A DNA stretch of 64,000 nt from an uncultured cyanobacterium (GTDB taxonomy: Bacteria; Cyanobacteriota; Cyanobacteriia; Cyanobacteriales; CAWUOF01). A program made the position numbers and the translations under genes. How positions within the stretch are numbered: the stretch's first letter is position 1; the number at the start of each line of letters is the position of its first letter. Shown one piece after another: positions 1 to 9,995 of the stretch. The notes under the pieces were generated by a model. The model was not told the origin of the DNA. It was given only the letters and a program-made list of their open reading frames with translations, and made no database searches. Location of the stretch: NCBI GenBank assembly GCA_963744145.1, contig CAVUSO010000001.1, forward strand, positions 4,246,459-4,310,458, given 5' to 3'.

Positions 1-576
1 ATGGGGAAGAGTACCACCATTAGTATCACAGAAAACTAACCATTCAGCCCCAGCAGCGATCGCGGTTTTTAAAGTGGTCAGAGCATAAGCGGGATTTTGC
101 TTATAACCATCAAACCAATGTTCAGCATCATAGATCACTCTGCGTCCCTGACTCCGGAGATACTTGATCGTATCACCAATCATCGAGAGGTTTTCTTCTA
201 GAGTAGTTTTTAGCCCTTCTGTGACATGGAGATCCCAGGATTTGCCAAAAATCGTCACCCAGCGCGTGCCTGCGGCTAAGATGGGTTGTAACATTAGATC
301 AGTATCAGCAGGAATTCCCGGACGACGAGTGGAACAGAACGCGACTATTTCGGCTTGTTTGAGGGGTTCTTCTTTTAGTTGCCAAAAAAATTGGACATCT
401 TTGGGATTAGCCCCGGGCCATCCTCCCTCAATAAAGGGTATACCTAATAAGTCTAATTGATGGGCAATTCTTAATTTGTCTTCAATTGATAGGGATAGTC
501 CCTCCCGTTGGGCTCCGTCCCGTAAGGTAGTATCATAAATCCAAATGTTTGAGTTATCTGTAGTGATTAATGACAT
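1..576 (-). CDS. cimA: citramalate synthase / 2-isopropylmalate synthase family, N-terminal 192 codons (gene runs off the left edge)
   Basis: Absent from the ORF track because it has no stop in the window. Reverse translation from the ATG at 576..574 gives [71 protein letters not shown]..., the HMGL-like N-terminus typical of cyanobacterial CimA/LeuA. The frame stays open to base 1. Confidence 0.8.
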   Translation of the reverse strand, partial: MSLITTDNSNIWIYDTTLRDGAQREGLSLSIEDKLRIAHQLDLLGIPFIEGGWPGANPKDVQFFWQLKEEPLKQAEIVAFCSTRRPGIPADTDLMLQPILAAGTRWVTIFGKSWDLHVTEGLKTTLEENLSMIGDTIKYLRSQGRRVIYDAEHWFDGYKQNPAYALTTLKTAIAAGAEWLVFCDTNGGTLPH

Positions 577-692
577 TAGCGGTAATTTCTATTCGGCTGT
601 TTGCTTAGAGCGTGAATACTTAGTAGTAAATTTTAAATATCAGTCATACTAAAATAGTCAAACTTAATAAAACATAATTTAGGTGCGTCAAT

Positions 693-1025
693 ATGCCTAA
701 GGTTACAGCTCAAGGAAAAACGTTTGAGTGCGATCGCGGCGCTAATTTACGTCAGGTTTTGTTAAAAAATGGGGTTGATCTATATAATGGAGGTGCCAAA
801 GGTCTGAATTGTCGGGGTCTGGGTACTTGTGGGACTTGTGCGGTCAAGGTGGAAGGAGAAGTTAGTGAAACTGGTGGATGGGAAAAAACCAGGCGATCGC
901 TACCTCCCCATTCTCTCAAATCTAATCTGCGTTTAGCTTGTCAAACTCAAGTTTTAGGTGATGTCAAAGTAACAAAAATGGATGGATTTTGGGGTCAAGG
1001 TTCTCAACCTGTGTGGACTCCCTAA
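693..1025 (+). CDS. 2Fe-2S ferredoxin-like protein
   Basis: 110-aa ORF. The cysteine cluster CRGLGTCGTCAV plus a distal Cys (LACQT) fits the plant-type C-x4-C-x2-C...C ligand pattern. Confidence 0.75.
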   Translation: MPKVTAQGKTFECDRGANLRQVLLKNGVDLYNGGAKGLNCRGLGTCGTCAVKVEGEVSETGGWEKTRRSLPPHSLKSNLRLACQTQVLGDVKVTKMDGFWGQGSQPVWTP

Positions 1026-1073
1026 ACATAGTTAACTAGGTGTCGGGTGTGGGAGTTAAAACTTACCATCTCA

Positions 1074-1111
1074 CACCTAACACCTGACACCTAACACCTG
1101 ACACCTACACC
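1074..1111. repeat. heptanucleotide tandem repeat (CACCTRA)x5, STRR-like
   Basis: cacctaa cacctga cacctaa cacctga cacctac acc, read directly. The complementary ggtgtcgggtgtggg lies at 1039..1054, so a hairpin is possible just 3' of the ferredoxin gene. Confidence 0.7.
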
Positions 1112-1473
1112 AAATGTTCTAAACGATTCAGACGTTCTGAGTAATTATGGATCACGGAGAGGGCAAACATCGGGGTTTCTTGTACAGCAAACAGAAATCT
1201 TTCCCGATCTAAGCAGGCTAAGGTAACATCAGTTTTAGCAATAATGGTATAGGTTCGATTTTGTTGACCAACCAGTACCCCCACACCAAACATTGCACCT
1301 GGTGCCAAAGTTTCTACAACTTTACCATTAATGATTAGGTTAAGTTCTCCGGCAATAATACCATACATCTCATCTCCAGGTTGCCCTTCCTCAAAGATTG
1401 TTTGACCGGCTAAAAATGTCTAAGGTTTGGGTTGTTTTTGAAACAGACTGATGGTTTCTATTGGACCTAACAT
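1105..1473 (-). pseudogene. small cyclic-nucleotide-binding-domain protein, reading frame broken near 1420
   Basis: The ATG at 1473 opens MLGPIETISLFQKQPKP and hits a stop at 1422..1420. A shifted frame continues ...TLDIFLAGQTIFEEGQPGDEMYGIIAGELNLIINGKVV... into the listed 87-aa ORF. Together they read as one cNMP-binding beta-barrel domain. Confidence 0.6.
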
Positions 1474-1601
1474 TTGGGGATGGCTCCTAATGGGTAAGGG
1501 GGTTGAGGCAAAATTTATTATATAGCGATTTTGCACAAGAAAAAGTTATTCCCTATTATTGGGCAGCTTTTACGATGCAAGGTGAATGGTGCTAAGAATT
1601 T

Positions 1602-2045
1602 TTAGATACTTGCGGGATCTACGGCAATAATTCCATCACTAGAATACCGCATAAAGTCACGAGCATTTAAAGTCAAAATATGCGTGATATTATTGGTTTG
1701 CATTGCTGCTACAAGTCGCGCATCATGAACTTGAACACCAGAAACTTTAAATCTGACAACAAGCGATCGCCATTTAGAATAAACCGTCGAATTATCAGGC
1801 AAAATTAGAAAAATTCGCTCAATTAATCCTAAAAGTCTATCAGCTTCAATATGAGTAAACCCCAGCCCATTTCTATCAATAGGTCGAGTGACAACATTCC
1901 AAAACTCAACACAGTTTTGAGATGTCACATACAGGGTATAATTTTCCTGTTTTAGCTGACGAATAGCAGCTCTAATAGTTAGATGTAAAGGATGAGAGCG
2001 AATCACAAATCGTAATAAAATATTTGTGTCAATCAGATAGAACAT
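1602..2045 (-). CDS. vapC: PIN-domain ribonuclease toxin (VapC-like)
   Basis: The N-terminal MFYLIDTNILLRF carries the conserved PIN Asp, with acidic residues later (HDARL, TLNARDF). It sits 3 nt downstream of a small partner ORF. Confidence 0.8.
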   Translation of the reverse strand: MFYLIDTNILLRFVIRSHPLHLTIRAAIRQLKQENYTLYVTSQNCVEFWNVVTRPIDRNGLGFTHIEADRLLGLIERIFLILPDNSTVYSKWRSLVVRFKVSGVQVHDARLVAAMQTNNITHILTLNARDFMRYSSDGIIAVDPASI

Positions 2046-2048
2046 AAT

Positions 2049-2312
2049 TTAAGGATGCTCCTCATAAATACCAGCACGACTAACTGCGTACTCTGAGAGT
2101 TGTGGAATTCTATTGCCTGATATTTTTTCATATTCATCTGCTAATTGATCTGCTAATTGCTCGAATGTTTCCAGATCTTCAGTTGTTCTATTTTGCTTTT
2201 CTTTACTCCATTTATATTGTAAATATTCAAGAAATTCGGCAATTTCAAGAATTAAATTATCTGGTAAAGTATTGATAACTTGAAATATTTGCTGACGATT
2301 GATAATAGACAT
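2049..2312 (-). CDS. small antitoxin partner of VapC (DUF2281-like)
   Basis: 87-aa acidic ORF immediately upstream of the PIN gene with a 3-nt gap, the usual type II TA layout. Confidence 0.6.
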   Translation of the reverse strand: MSIINRQQIFQVINTLPDNLILEIAEFLEYLQYKWSKEKQNRTTEDLETFEQLADQLADEYEKISGNRIPQLSEYAVSRAGIYEEHP

Positions 2313-2350
2313 AGTTAGGCTCTTTTTTGATCGGTATTCTTCTAATTATA

Positions 2351-2534
2351 GGAGAAGTTAGTGAAACTGGTAGATGGGAAAAACCAGGCGATCGCTACCT
2401 CCCCATTCTCTCAAATCTAATCTGCGTTTAGCTTGTCAAACTCAAGTTTCAGGTGATGTCATAGTCAGGAAAATGGATGGATTTTGGGGTCAAGGTTTTC
2501 AACCTGTGTGGACAACCTAAGCATAGTTAACTAT
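2351..2534 (+). pseudogene. dead duplicate of the 3' end of the ferredoxin-like gene
   Basis: Aligns base for base with 855..1039 apart from a few substitutions and a 1-nt deletion in the A-run. It has no 5' part and no start codon. Confidence 0.85.
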
Positions 2535-2537
2535 TGT

Positions 2538-2948
2538 TTAAGTTTCTACTATGGTTGAGGAAAGCCCGACTAAATCACCAGATTCAGTTGTCCCAATGAT
2601 ATAAACCTCTATTTGGCGCTGACCGATGCGATAAACTTGTAAGTTATTAAGATTATTTTTGATAGTAGCTACCAGAATTTTAAACCTTTTAACTGTTTCT
2701 TGTTCTGTCTGATTATGCCAATCTTGTGCAGTGACAAAATTCTGAAAAAAAGCATCAATATTAACTAATTCAATTGGGGTATCTGGGGAATGGTTGGTTT
2801 TTGCTAAAATTTGACTAGCAGGGATAGGTGTAGCAACAGATTCCCAACAAAAAACTGTTAATGGGGATGTTGATTCACTCATTAATAATAAGTCATTTGT
2901 TGCTTGTTGCAGTTGCTTGAAAATTATCAAAGTTGGCTCTTTCATCAA
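2538..2948 (-). CDS. nuiA: nuclease A inhibitor family protein (NuiA-like)
   Basis: 136 aa. LLLMSESTSPLTVFCWE ... VNIDAFF ... QDWHNQTEQETVKRFKILVATIKNNLNNLQVYRIG ... VYIIGTTESGDLVGLSSTIVET is colinear with my recollection of Nostoc NuiA. Confidence 0.75.
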   Translation of the reverse strand: MMKEPTLIIFKQLQQATNDLLLMSESTSPLTVFCWESVATPIPASQILAKTNHSPDTPIELVNIDAFFQNFVTAQDWHNQTEQETVKRFKILVATIKNNLNNLQVYRIGQRQIEVYIIGTTESGDLVGLSSTIVET

Positions 2949-3199
2949 GTTAATTTTAGTGATACCGACATATTATAAAACAAGATGGTTTGGAAATGCA
3001 CCTATGTAACACTGACATGAGTAGCCCATTGGGGGGGTCTCTTCTGTCAACTGCGGAAGTCTTGAAAATAAATCGCGATCGCTATTTCCCAAACCAGTCT
3101 CAAATATTAACTTTTGTAAAAACCTGAGCAACCTCTGGCTGAATCAAAAATAAATGTTGATACCATAATAGGAGGTGAAGGGGAGGGGAAAATAAGTTA

Positions 3200-4393
3200 A
3201 TGTTAGATGCCAAGTCTTTATTTAACGAGAGTTATTATGATACTCTCTACCCAGATGTAGCTACGGCAATAGCTAAGGGATATTTTAGTAGTGGGTATGA
3301 TCATTTTCTCAAATTTGGCAAATCAGAAGGTCGCAGCCCAAGTCCTTTTTTTGACCCAAATTTTTACCTGACTGAATATGCAGATGTAGCCAATGCTATC
3401 AAAAATGGTGTGATTACCAATGCTTTTGACCATTATATTACCTTCGGACAAAAGGAAGGTCGTGACGGTAGTGTTCTCTTTGATAACAACTACTATTTAG
3501 CTCATCAAGCTGATGTAGCTACAGCAGTAAATAACGCTGCTAATACTATCGATCCGCTAACGGGAATCCAACACTATATTCAAAATGGTCTTAATGAAGG
3601 ACGGGCTGGTTCTTTAGAGTTTGATCCGATCTACTACCAACAAAATAACTCAGATTTAAAAGCTGCTGGTTTGAATAACCAACAATTAGCTAACCATTTT
3701 GTACTTAATGGAGAACAGGAAGGACGTAGAGCATCCTTAGCATTTGATGTGCAATTTTACTTAAATAATAATCCCGATTTAAAAGCAGCTAAATTAACTG
3801 ATCAGCAATTATTTGAACACTATGCTACTAATGGATTAAAAGAAGATCGTGTAGCTAGACCTGGGATAGTTGCGGCTGGAGCTAACAATGATCAAGTGAT
3901 CATGGGAGTACAAATTTTAAATAGTACCAAACCAACCGCGATCGGAACTAATGGTTTAACCAGCGTAGCATTTCCTGGTGCGCTCAGTATTAATGGTGTA
4001 TCTTTTGTGAACGGGGTTACTTATCTAGCTGGAATAAATGCTTGGAATTCTACTTATACGGACTCAGCTTATACCATTATCAATAATACTAATAATACTA
4101 TTACCCAATTAGGATTTCATAACATTTACTTTACCTTATCAACATTTAATGGTATTTCTCTCCATACAATTGGAGGTATTAATGCTTTTGGTCAAACTGA
4201 TTTTCAGCCATCAGATGTAGCTGGTAGTACATCCGATATTTTTGGTAATATATCTTATGATCCTGTGACCAATACATTGATTTTTGCCAGTGGTAATAAA
4301 ACTGGTATTTTACCAGGTCAATCTGTAGATGTTGTCTGGCACTTTACCGTACCTCAAGATTTAGAATCTCACCGAGTTGTTATCGGTACTTGA
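3200..4393 (+). CDS. repeat protein of unknown function
   Basis: Five ~40-aa repeats of the form F(D/N)xxxYLxxxxDVAxAxxxGxxxxxxxHYxxxGxxEGR, followed by an N/T/G-rich C-terminal domain. A Shine-Dalgarno-like aggagg lies upstream. Confidence 0.5.
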   Translation: MLDAKSLFNESYYDTLYPDVATAIAKGYFSSGYDHFLKFGKSEGRSPSPFFDPNFYLTEYADVANAIKNGVITNAFDHYITFGQKEGRDGSVLFDNNYYLAHQADVATAVNNAANTIDPLTGIQHYIQNGLNEGRAGSLEFDPIYYQQNNSDLKAAGLNNQQLANHFVLNGEQEGRRASLAFDVQFYLNNNPDLKAAKLTDQQLFEHYATNGLKEDRVARPGIVAAGANNDQVIMGVQILNSTKPTAIGTNGLTSVAFPGALSINGVSFVNGVTYLAGINAWNSTYTDSAYTIINNTNNTITQLGFHNIYFTLSTFNGISLHTIGGINAFGQTDFQPSDVAGSTSDIFGNISYDPVTNTLIFASGNKTGILPGQSVDVVWHFTVPQDLESHRVVIGT

Positions 4394-4484
4394 TCCCTGA
4401 ATTTTGGGTAGTGCCATCTTGTTCATTGTTATATTTGAATTGTTATATTTGATTTTTATCTTTCAGTTATGAGTGTTGCCAATT

Positions 4485-5042
4485 TCACGGTTTTTGATGC
4501 ACTGGCACCAGGTTGGAACTGCCTGTAGTAGAGGTTTGCACATCTACAACTCCCCGATACATTCTCATACCGCAGGTAAATTGATATTCACCTGTTTTTT
4601 GAGGAGTAAATTGGATCGGAGTGGTTTTATTTAAAGGCAAATGAGTATCAATTCCAAAATCGGGAAACAAAACTTCTTCTAAACAACTATTGGCATCTTT
4701 GCGGCAGAAATTGAGCCGCACAGGTTGACCAACCTGCACAACTATGTAATTGGGTTGGTAGCCACCATCAACAGTAATAGTGAGTTCTTGCAAGCCCTGT
4801 TGGAGGGTAGTTTGCTGTACCTTGTTTTTTTTGAAGAGAAACCACCAAACTTCTGCACCAATTAGGGCTATACCGCCCAGCGTTACTCCTAGTTTCAAAG
4901 CAAAAGGTTGCTCGACCTGACGGAATTGGTTAGTCTGCTGCGCTGGCATATTCATGCCAGTAGCGGTTGCCTCTAAAGCAATTCCCGTCAATAATCCTAC
5001 AGATATAATTATACTACCTAAAACTTGGTTTTTGCTGTTCAT
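4485..5042 (-). CDS. membrane-anchored cupredoxin-domain protein
   Basis: N-terminal TM segments, then a C-terminal EYQFTCGMRMYRGVVDV motif typical of cupredoxin-like proteins encoded beside Cu-ATPases. It lies immediately downstream of the ATPase. Confidence 0.6.
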   Translation of the reverse strand: MNSKNQVLGSIIISVGLLTGIALEATATGMNMPAQQTNQFRQVEQPFALKLGVTLGGIALIGAEVWWFLFKKNKVQQTTLQQGLQELTITVDGGYQPNYIVVQVGQPVRLNFCRKDANSCLEEVLFPDFGIDTHLPLNKTTPIQFTPQKTGEYQFTCGMRMYRGVVDVQTSTTGSSNLVPVHQKP

Positions 5043-5080
5043 TATTTACCTGATTTTCTGCCATGTTTTGCCCTTTTCCA

Positions 5081-7372
5081 TTAACTCAGTTCGGGCTGGA
5101 AATGACGCAAGCGCAAAGCATTGGAGACTACGGAAACAGAACTAAATGCCATAGCTGCTCCAGCAATCATGGGGTTGAGTAACCAGCCAAAGAAGGGGAA
5201 GAAAATGCCAGTAGCGAGGAAAAGACCAGCGACGTTGTAGGCAAAAGCAAAGAAGAGATTCTGGCGAATGTTCTGCATTGTAGCGCGACTGAGACGAATG
5301 GCGGTGATGATCCCTTGAAGATCACCTGAAATCAGGGTGATATCGCTAGCGGCGATCGCCACATCTGTCCCCGTACCAATGGCTAAACCCACGTCTGCTT
5401 GAGCCAAAGCAGGTGCGTCGTTGATCCCATCTCCCACCATTGCCACAATTTTGCCTTCAGCTTGCAGCTTTTTCACGGTGTCCGCTTTTTGGTCGGGGCG
5501 CACTTCAGCTAACACGCGCTTAATTCCGACTTGTTGGGCGATCGCTGTAGCGGTACGGTGATTATCTCCAGTCAGCATCACCACCTCTAACCCCATTTTT
5601 TGCATAGTTTTAATGGCAGTAGCTGAAGCAGGTTTGATGGTGTCTGCAATAGTGATCAGTCCCTGCAAGCGCCCGTCAACGGCGATAAATACGGCGGTTT
5701 TACCTGTGTCTTCCCCAGCAACTTTTTGAGCTTGGAGGGGTAGAGTTGCAATTCCCAATTCATCCATCCAGCGTTGAGTGCCGATTTGTACCAATTGACC
5801 TGCAACGACTCCCTGCACCCCACTACCTGCGATCGCTTCAAAATTTTCAGTTTCTGGTAACAATTCTGGCTGACCAGGGGAGGAGCTTTGCTGGGTCTGG
5901 GCATAGTTAACCACAGCTTCTGCTAGAGGGTGTTCTGAGTTGCGCTCAACTGCCCCCACCAATTGCAACAGGGTGAGCGGCTCAATCGCCCAAGATTGGT
6001 GATTTTGTCGATCCACCTCCAGCATCGTCGCAAAATCTGTAACTCCGGGTTTCCCTTGAGTGATAGTGCCAGTTTTATCTAAAACCACAATTTGAATTTG
6101 ATGGGCAAGTTCTAAACTATCTGCCCCTTTAATCAAAATACCGTTTTCCGCACCTTTACCCATACCAACTGTCACAGATGTGGGAGTCGCTAAACCCAAG
6201 GCACAGGGACAAGCGATAATCAGGACGCTCACTGTAGTAATCATGGCCAGGGTAATATTGCCCATCAAGTCAAACCAAATCACAAAGGTGGCGATCGCTA
6301 ACCCAATCACCGCAGGTACAAACCATCCCGTTACTTGGTCAGCCAGTTTTTGAATTGGTGCTTTCGAGTTCTGGGACTCTTGGACCAGTTTGACAATTTG
6401 AGCTAATGCGGTATCTTTCCCCACTCGGGTTGTCTGGAACCGGAAACTGCCAGTTTTATTAATGGTGGCTCCCATCACCTGATCTCCCAATTGCTTAGTA
6501 ACCGGGATGCTCTCACCTGTAATCATCGACTCATCTACTGCTGATGAGCCAGCAATTACCTCACCATCAACCGGGATTTTTTCTCCAGGACGCACGACGA
6601 TGATATCTCCCACCACCACTTCAGCAATAGGAATATCTATCTCTTTCTGATCGCGAACTACCCTTGCTGTTTTTGCTTGTAACCCCATCAATTTACGAAT
6701 GGCTGCTGAGGTTTCGCCCTTAGCCCGGTTTTCCAAAAAGCGACCTACTAACGTTAAGGTAATGATGACAGTTGAAGCTTCAAAGTAAACCTCTGGCTTT
6801 AGTCCTTGGGATAGAAAGAATCCAGGATTTACCGTAGTCCAGACCGAATAGGAGTAGGCAATCGTCGTTCCCAAAGCAATCAGAGTATTCATATCTGCGG
6901 TGCGATGTCGAAATGCCGAAATCGCTGATCTATAAAAGGATTGACTCACCCAAAACTGAACAGGGGCAGCGATGATTAACTGGACCCAAGGAATAGCTAG
7001 CCATTGGAGAGATGAAGGCAATGACATTCCTATATGCTCAAGTGTGCTAATTATCAATAGAACGCTTAATACACCACCAACTATTACCTTCAGCTTGAGG
7101 TCTTGCTGTTCGGCTTGGCGAAGGATTTTCTCTGCATCGTCTTCTTCCTCTCCAGGCTCAGATATGGGATAAGCAGAGTAACCCGCGGCACTTACCGCTT
7201 GGACTATCTGGTCAGAACTGGTTTGCTTGGCATCGAATGTGATGGCAGCTTGCTCAATGCCAAAATTGACATTACAATTAATAACACCGGGAACAAATTT
7301 GATCGCTTGCTCAATTGTATTTGCACAAGATGCACAACCCATGCCTTTCAATCGCAAATGCAATGTTTCCAT
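5081..7372 (-). CDS. copper-translocating P1B-type ATPase
   Basis: Heavy-metal-associated (HMA) domain [12 protein letters not shown], transmembrane CPC motif ([13 protein letters not shown]), phosphorylation site DKTGTIT, and hinge motif [10 protein letters not shown]. Confidence 0.92.
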   Translation of the reverse strand: METLHLRLKGMGCASCANTIEQAIKFVPGVINCNVNFGIEQAAITFDAKQTSSDQIVQAVSAAGYSAYPISEPGEEEDDAEKILRQAEQQDLKLKVIVGGVLSVLLIISTLEHIGMSLPSSLQWLAIPWVQLIIAAPVQFWVSQSFYRSAISAFRHRTADMNTLIALGTTIAYSYSVWTTVNPGFFLSQGLKPEVYFEASTVIITLTLVGRFLENRAKGETSAAIRKLMGLQAKTARVVRDQKEIDIPIAEVVVGDIIVVRPGEKIPVDGEVIAGSSAVDESMITGESIPVTKQLGDQVMGATINKTGSFRFQTTRVGKDTALAQIVKLVQESQNSKAPIQKLADQVTGWFVPAVIGLAIATFVIWFDLMGNITLAMITTVSVLIIACPCALGLATPTSVTVGMGKGAENGILIKGADSLELAHQIQIVVLDKTGTITQGKPGVTDFATMLEVDRQNHQSWAIEPLTLLQLVGAVERNSEHPLAEAVVNYAQTQQSSSPGQPELLPETENFEAIAGSGVQGVVAGQLVQIGTQRWMDELGIATLPLQAQKVAGEDTGKTAVFIAVDGRLQGLITIADTIKPASATAIKTMQKMGLEVVMLTGDNHRTATAIAQQVGIKRVLAEVRPDQKADTVKKLQAEGKIVAMVGDGINDAPALAQADVGLAIGTGTDVAIAASDITLISGDLQGIITAIRLSRATMQNIRQNLFFAFAYNVAGLFLATGIFFPFFGWLLNPMIAGAAMAFSSVSVVSNALRLRHFQPELS

Positions 7373-7490
7373 ATCTGACTCGGATTAATATAAGGATCAG
7401 GCAAAAAGTTAAGTTTGTTGTTTTAATTATGGTATTTTTTTTAATCTCAGAGCAGTTATTTTAGGGGCGATCGCGCAAAATGGAAAAAAC

Positions 7491-8075
7491 ATGAGTGAAT
7501 CAATCAAAGCAACCCGCGCTACTGTGGCGATCGGGACGTTAAATGTAGATGGTTATATGTTGCCTGACGGTAGTTACCGTATGTCTCAGACACAGGCGGC
7601 TGAAACTGTCGGAAAAGAAGAATTTAACGCACGGGATTTTTTAGCGTCTAAGACCTTCAAACGCTTAAGTGGTGAAGGTTATACGGACGGGAAATTTATC
7701 GAGATTGAGTCAGAATCTACTCAAGTTAGGGGGCAAAGTCGTTTTAGAGCTTTACCTTTAGAGGTCGTGGTTATCTATTGGATATACCAGTGCCATCGCG
7801 GTAATAAACAAGCTTTCTCGCTGTTGATTGCACTTGCTACTGAATCCCTAGAGCGTAGGTTTGATAATGCTTTTGGTGTGGTTCGCACTGAGCAAGAGCG
7901 CAACGATATCACTACAGCAAGGATCAATGCTCTCGAAAGAGACCTTGCTAATTTGGGTGATGGGTTTGCGATCGATGATGAAATCCGCCGCGAGCGTGAT
8001 TATTTTGAGACACTACTAAAGCAAAACGGTATCGATCCTTATGGGTTGCCAAGTGACGATCTCAAAAAACCATAA
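7491..8075 (+). CDS. hypothetical protein
   Basis: 194-aa ORF with normal codon use. No motif I can name. Confidence 0.4.
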   Translation: MSESIKATRATVAIGTLNVDGYMLPDGSYRMSQTQAAETVGKEEFNARDFLASKTFKRLSGEGYTDGKFIEIESESTQVRGQSRFRALPLEVVVIYWIYQCHRGNKQAFSLLIALATESLERRFDNAFGVVRTEQERNDITTARINALERDLANLGDGFAIDDEIRRERDYFETLLKQNGIDPYGLPSDDLKKP

Positions 8076-8403
8076 ATTTGATGGTCCAAACTTGGTGGAC
8101 TCATCCTATTTATGCCAGAGTTGAACCAATCTATAGCTTTGATGTGTGATCCGAATTAGGGGCGATCGCTGTTGACCAGTGTAGTTTTAGCCTTGCTGAT
8201 TTATGATGACAACTGCCAACAACACGCGTCTTGAAATATCTGATTTAATTGCTGATTTGGTTTGATCTAATGTGGTTCATTCTCAAGAAGAGAGAATAGA
8301 CAGTCATTGGATAAGTTTTGATGACTAATCAAACGGACATAAAGCTTGAAATGATTGCTAGTTAAACGGTAAGCGCGATTGAATCCGGTTGATTAATTTT
8401 TTG

Positions 8404-8988
8404 TCAATCCCCAAAAATCGCATCAACACTAATCACTATGTCCGGAAACGCAAGGGGTGAGATACTTTCACCGCGTCTAAACTGTTGTATACTTTCATAA
8501 CCGTTCGGACCGGGATTGCGATAAACCTCAACTAATTCAGCATTTATATCTACGATCCAAAGTTCAATAATCCCAGCTAGACTGTAGCGAAATGACTTAA
8601 CATTACGGTCGTGTTCAATTGTGGTGTCTGCTACTTCGATCAATAAATATACGTCTTGGGGTTGTGGATGTGGGTCTCGGTATGCGCGACTTTTCGAGAT
8701 TGATATATCCGGCTGCGGTTCTAATCCCCCGTTTAGTCTAACTGGAGTCTGAGCTGTAAGAAACGCACGATCACCCAAAGCCTTAGAGAAAATCGAGAGT
8801 AAAAACCCAATACAATTTGCATGACGACTACCCATCGGTGCCATAAGAATGATATCCCCATCAATTAATTCCGTCCGTTCATCAGGTCCAATTATCCCAA
8901 CTTCACCCAGTTTGTAATATTCCTCTACCGTAAACTTCTTTCTTGTTGGTGTTGTTGCTGTTGCTACTGCGATCATCTTTCTCACCAT
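8404..8988 (-). CDS. Uma2 (DUF820) family putative endonuclease, tandem copy 1
   Basis: FTVEEYYKLGE...ELIDGDII.MAPMG..H...PDISI...YLLIEVADTT...D...K...Y...GIIELWIVD is the Uma2 PD-(D/E)xK-like pattern. Confidence 0.8.
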   Translation of the reverse strand: MVRKMIAVATATTPTRKKFTVEEYYKLGEVGIIGPDERTELIDGDIILMAPMGSRHANCIGFLLSIFSKALGDRAFLTAQTPVRLNGGLEPQPDISISKSRAYRDPHPQPQDVYLLIEVADTTIEHDRNVKSFRYSLAGIIELWIVDINAELVEVYRNPGPNGYESIQQFRRGESISPLAFPDIVISVDAIFGD

Positions 8989-9134
8989 CCCATAAACTGA
9001 CTAGCTCCGATCATTCTCATTCTAATTGCGTTCACTAGCTTGTACCGTAGGTAATCGCTTTACTGGTTTGCTCCGGTGATACCTACATAGAGAAACAGTA
9101 ATACCAATTCACCATGAAGATACATTGATGTATA

Positions 9135-9310
9135 TTGATCTGTGGGTGAGGGTGGGTTTTGATGATTAGTAGGTAAATGTCAAACATCTCGGTGAACCCA
9201 CCCCTACAAAAACCCGCAAATAGAGGATAAAATTGGTAGGGGCAGGTTCACCAGTCAATTTTGCCACCAATAGATCACCATTATAAACCTGCCCTGGCCT
9301 AACAGATCAA
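9135..9310. mobile_element. MITE-like element with nested inverted repeats
   Basis: The ends ttgatctgtgggtgagggtgggttt and aaacctgccctggcctaacagatcaa are inverted. The inner pair ggtgaacccacccctac / gtaggggcaggttcacc is also inverted. The same family occurs at about 23334..23597. Confidence 0.65.
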
Positions 9311-9377
9311 CCTCAGATTAAGTGCAATTTCATAGTTAATTGGTATAAGCGCGATTGAATCCAGTTGATTAATTTTG

Positions 9378-9995
9378 TTATATATTAATCCATAAAATCT
9401 CATCAACACTGATCGCTATGTCTGGAAATGAAAGAGGTGAGATACTTTCGCCGCGTCTAAATTGTTGGATACTTTCATAACCGTTCAGACCAGGATTGCG
9501 ATAAACCTCAACTAATTCAGCATTTACGTCTACGATCCAAAGTTCAATAATCCCAGCTTGACTGTAGCGGACTGACTTCACATTGCGGTCATTGTCGATG
9601 GTCGTATGTACGGGCGTATTGCAATACGCCCCTTCGATTAATAAATATATATCTTGGGGTTGTGGATGTGGGTCTAGGTATGAAAGACGACGTTTCACGA
9701 TTGATAGATCAGGTTGGGGTTCTAATCCCCCGTTTAGTCTTACTGGAGTTTGGGACAAGATTGAAATACTTTTACCCAAAGCATCATAGAACAGTTCATA
9801 CAAACGACCCATACAATTTGCATGACGATTACCCATCGCTGCCATATAAATAATATCCCCATCAATTAATTCTGTCTTACCATCCCCAAGCATCCCCAAC
9901 TCACCCAGCTTGTAATATTCCTCTACTGTGAACTTCTTTCTTGTTGGTGTTGTTGCTATTGCTACTGCGATCATCTTTCTCACCATCCTATCCAC
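9378..9995 (-). CDS. Uma2 family paralogue, tandem copy 2, carrying an in-frame palindromic insertion
   Basis: Colinear with copy 1, except LLIEVADTTIEHDRN becomes LLIEGAYCNTPVHTTIDNDRN. The extra residues are encoded by the palindrome at 9612..9631. Confidence 0.75.
   Translation of the reverse strand: MDRMVRKMIAVAIATTPTRKKFTVEEYYKLGELGMLGDGKTELIDGDIIYMAAMGNRHANCMGRLYELFYDALGKSISILSQTPVRLNGGLEPQPDLSIVKRRLSYLDPHPQPQDIYLLIEGAYCNTPVHTTIDNDRNVKSVRYSQAGIIELWIVDVNAELVEVYRNPGLNGYESIQQFRRGESISPLSFPDIAISVDEILWINI
9612..9631. repeat. 20-nt perfect palindrome GGGCGTATTGCAATACGCCC inside a CDS
   Basis: Read directly. A second copy lies at about 12150..12169 inside the Uma2 remnant. Confidence 0.85.

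Noticed and set aside
164-460. 98-aa plus-strand ORF
   Set aside because: It lies antisense to the well-supported cimA reading frame, and its sequence has no protein-like features.
5656-7378. ORFs 5656..5904, 6972..7172 and 7103..7378
   Set aside because: They are alternative-frame or antisense shadows inside the Cu-ATPase gene. The same reasoning applies to 4954, 9583, 9662, 13637, 13774, 25895, 28235, 28756, 29237, 36957, 39519, 42651, 45501, 45529, 47009, 47423, 51479, 53626, 54338, 56749, 57142, 58120, 58539 and 62817.
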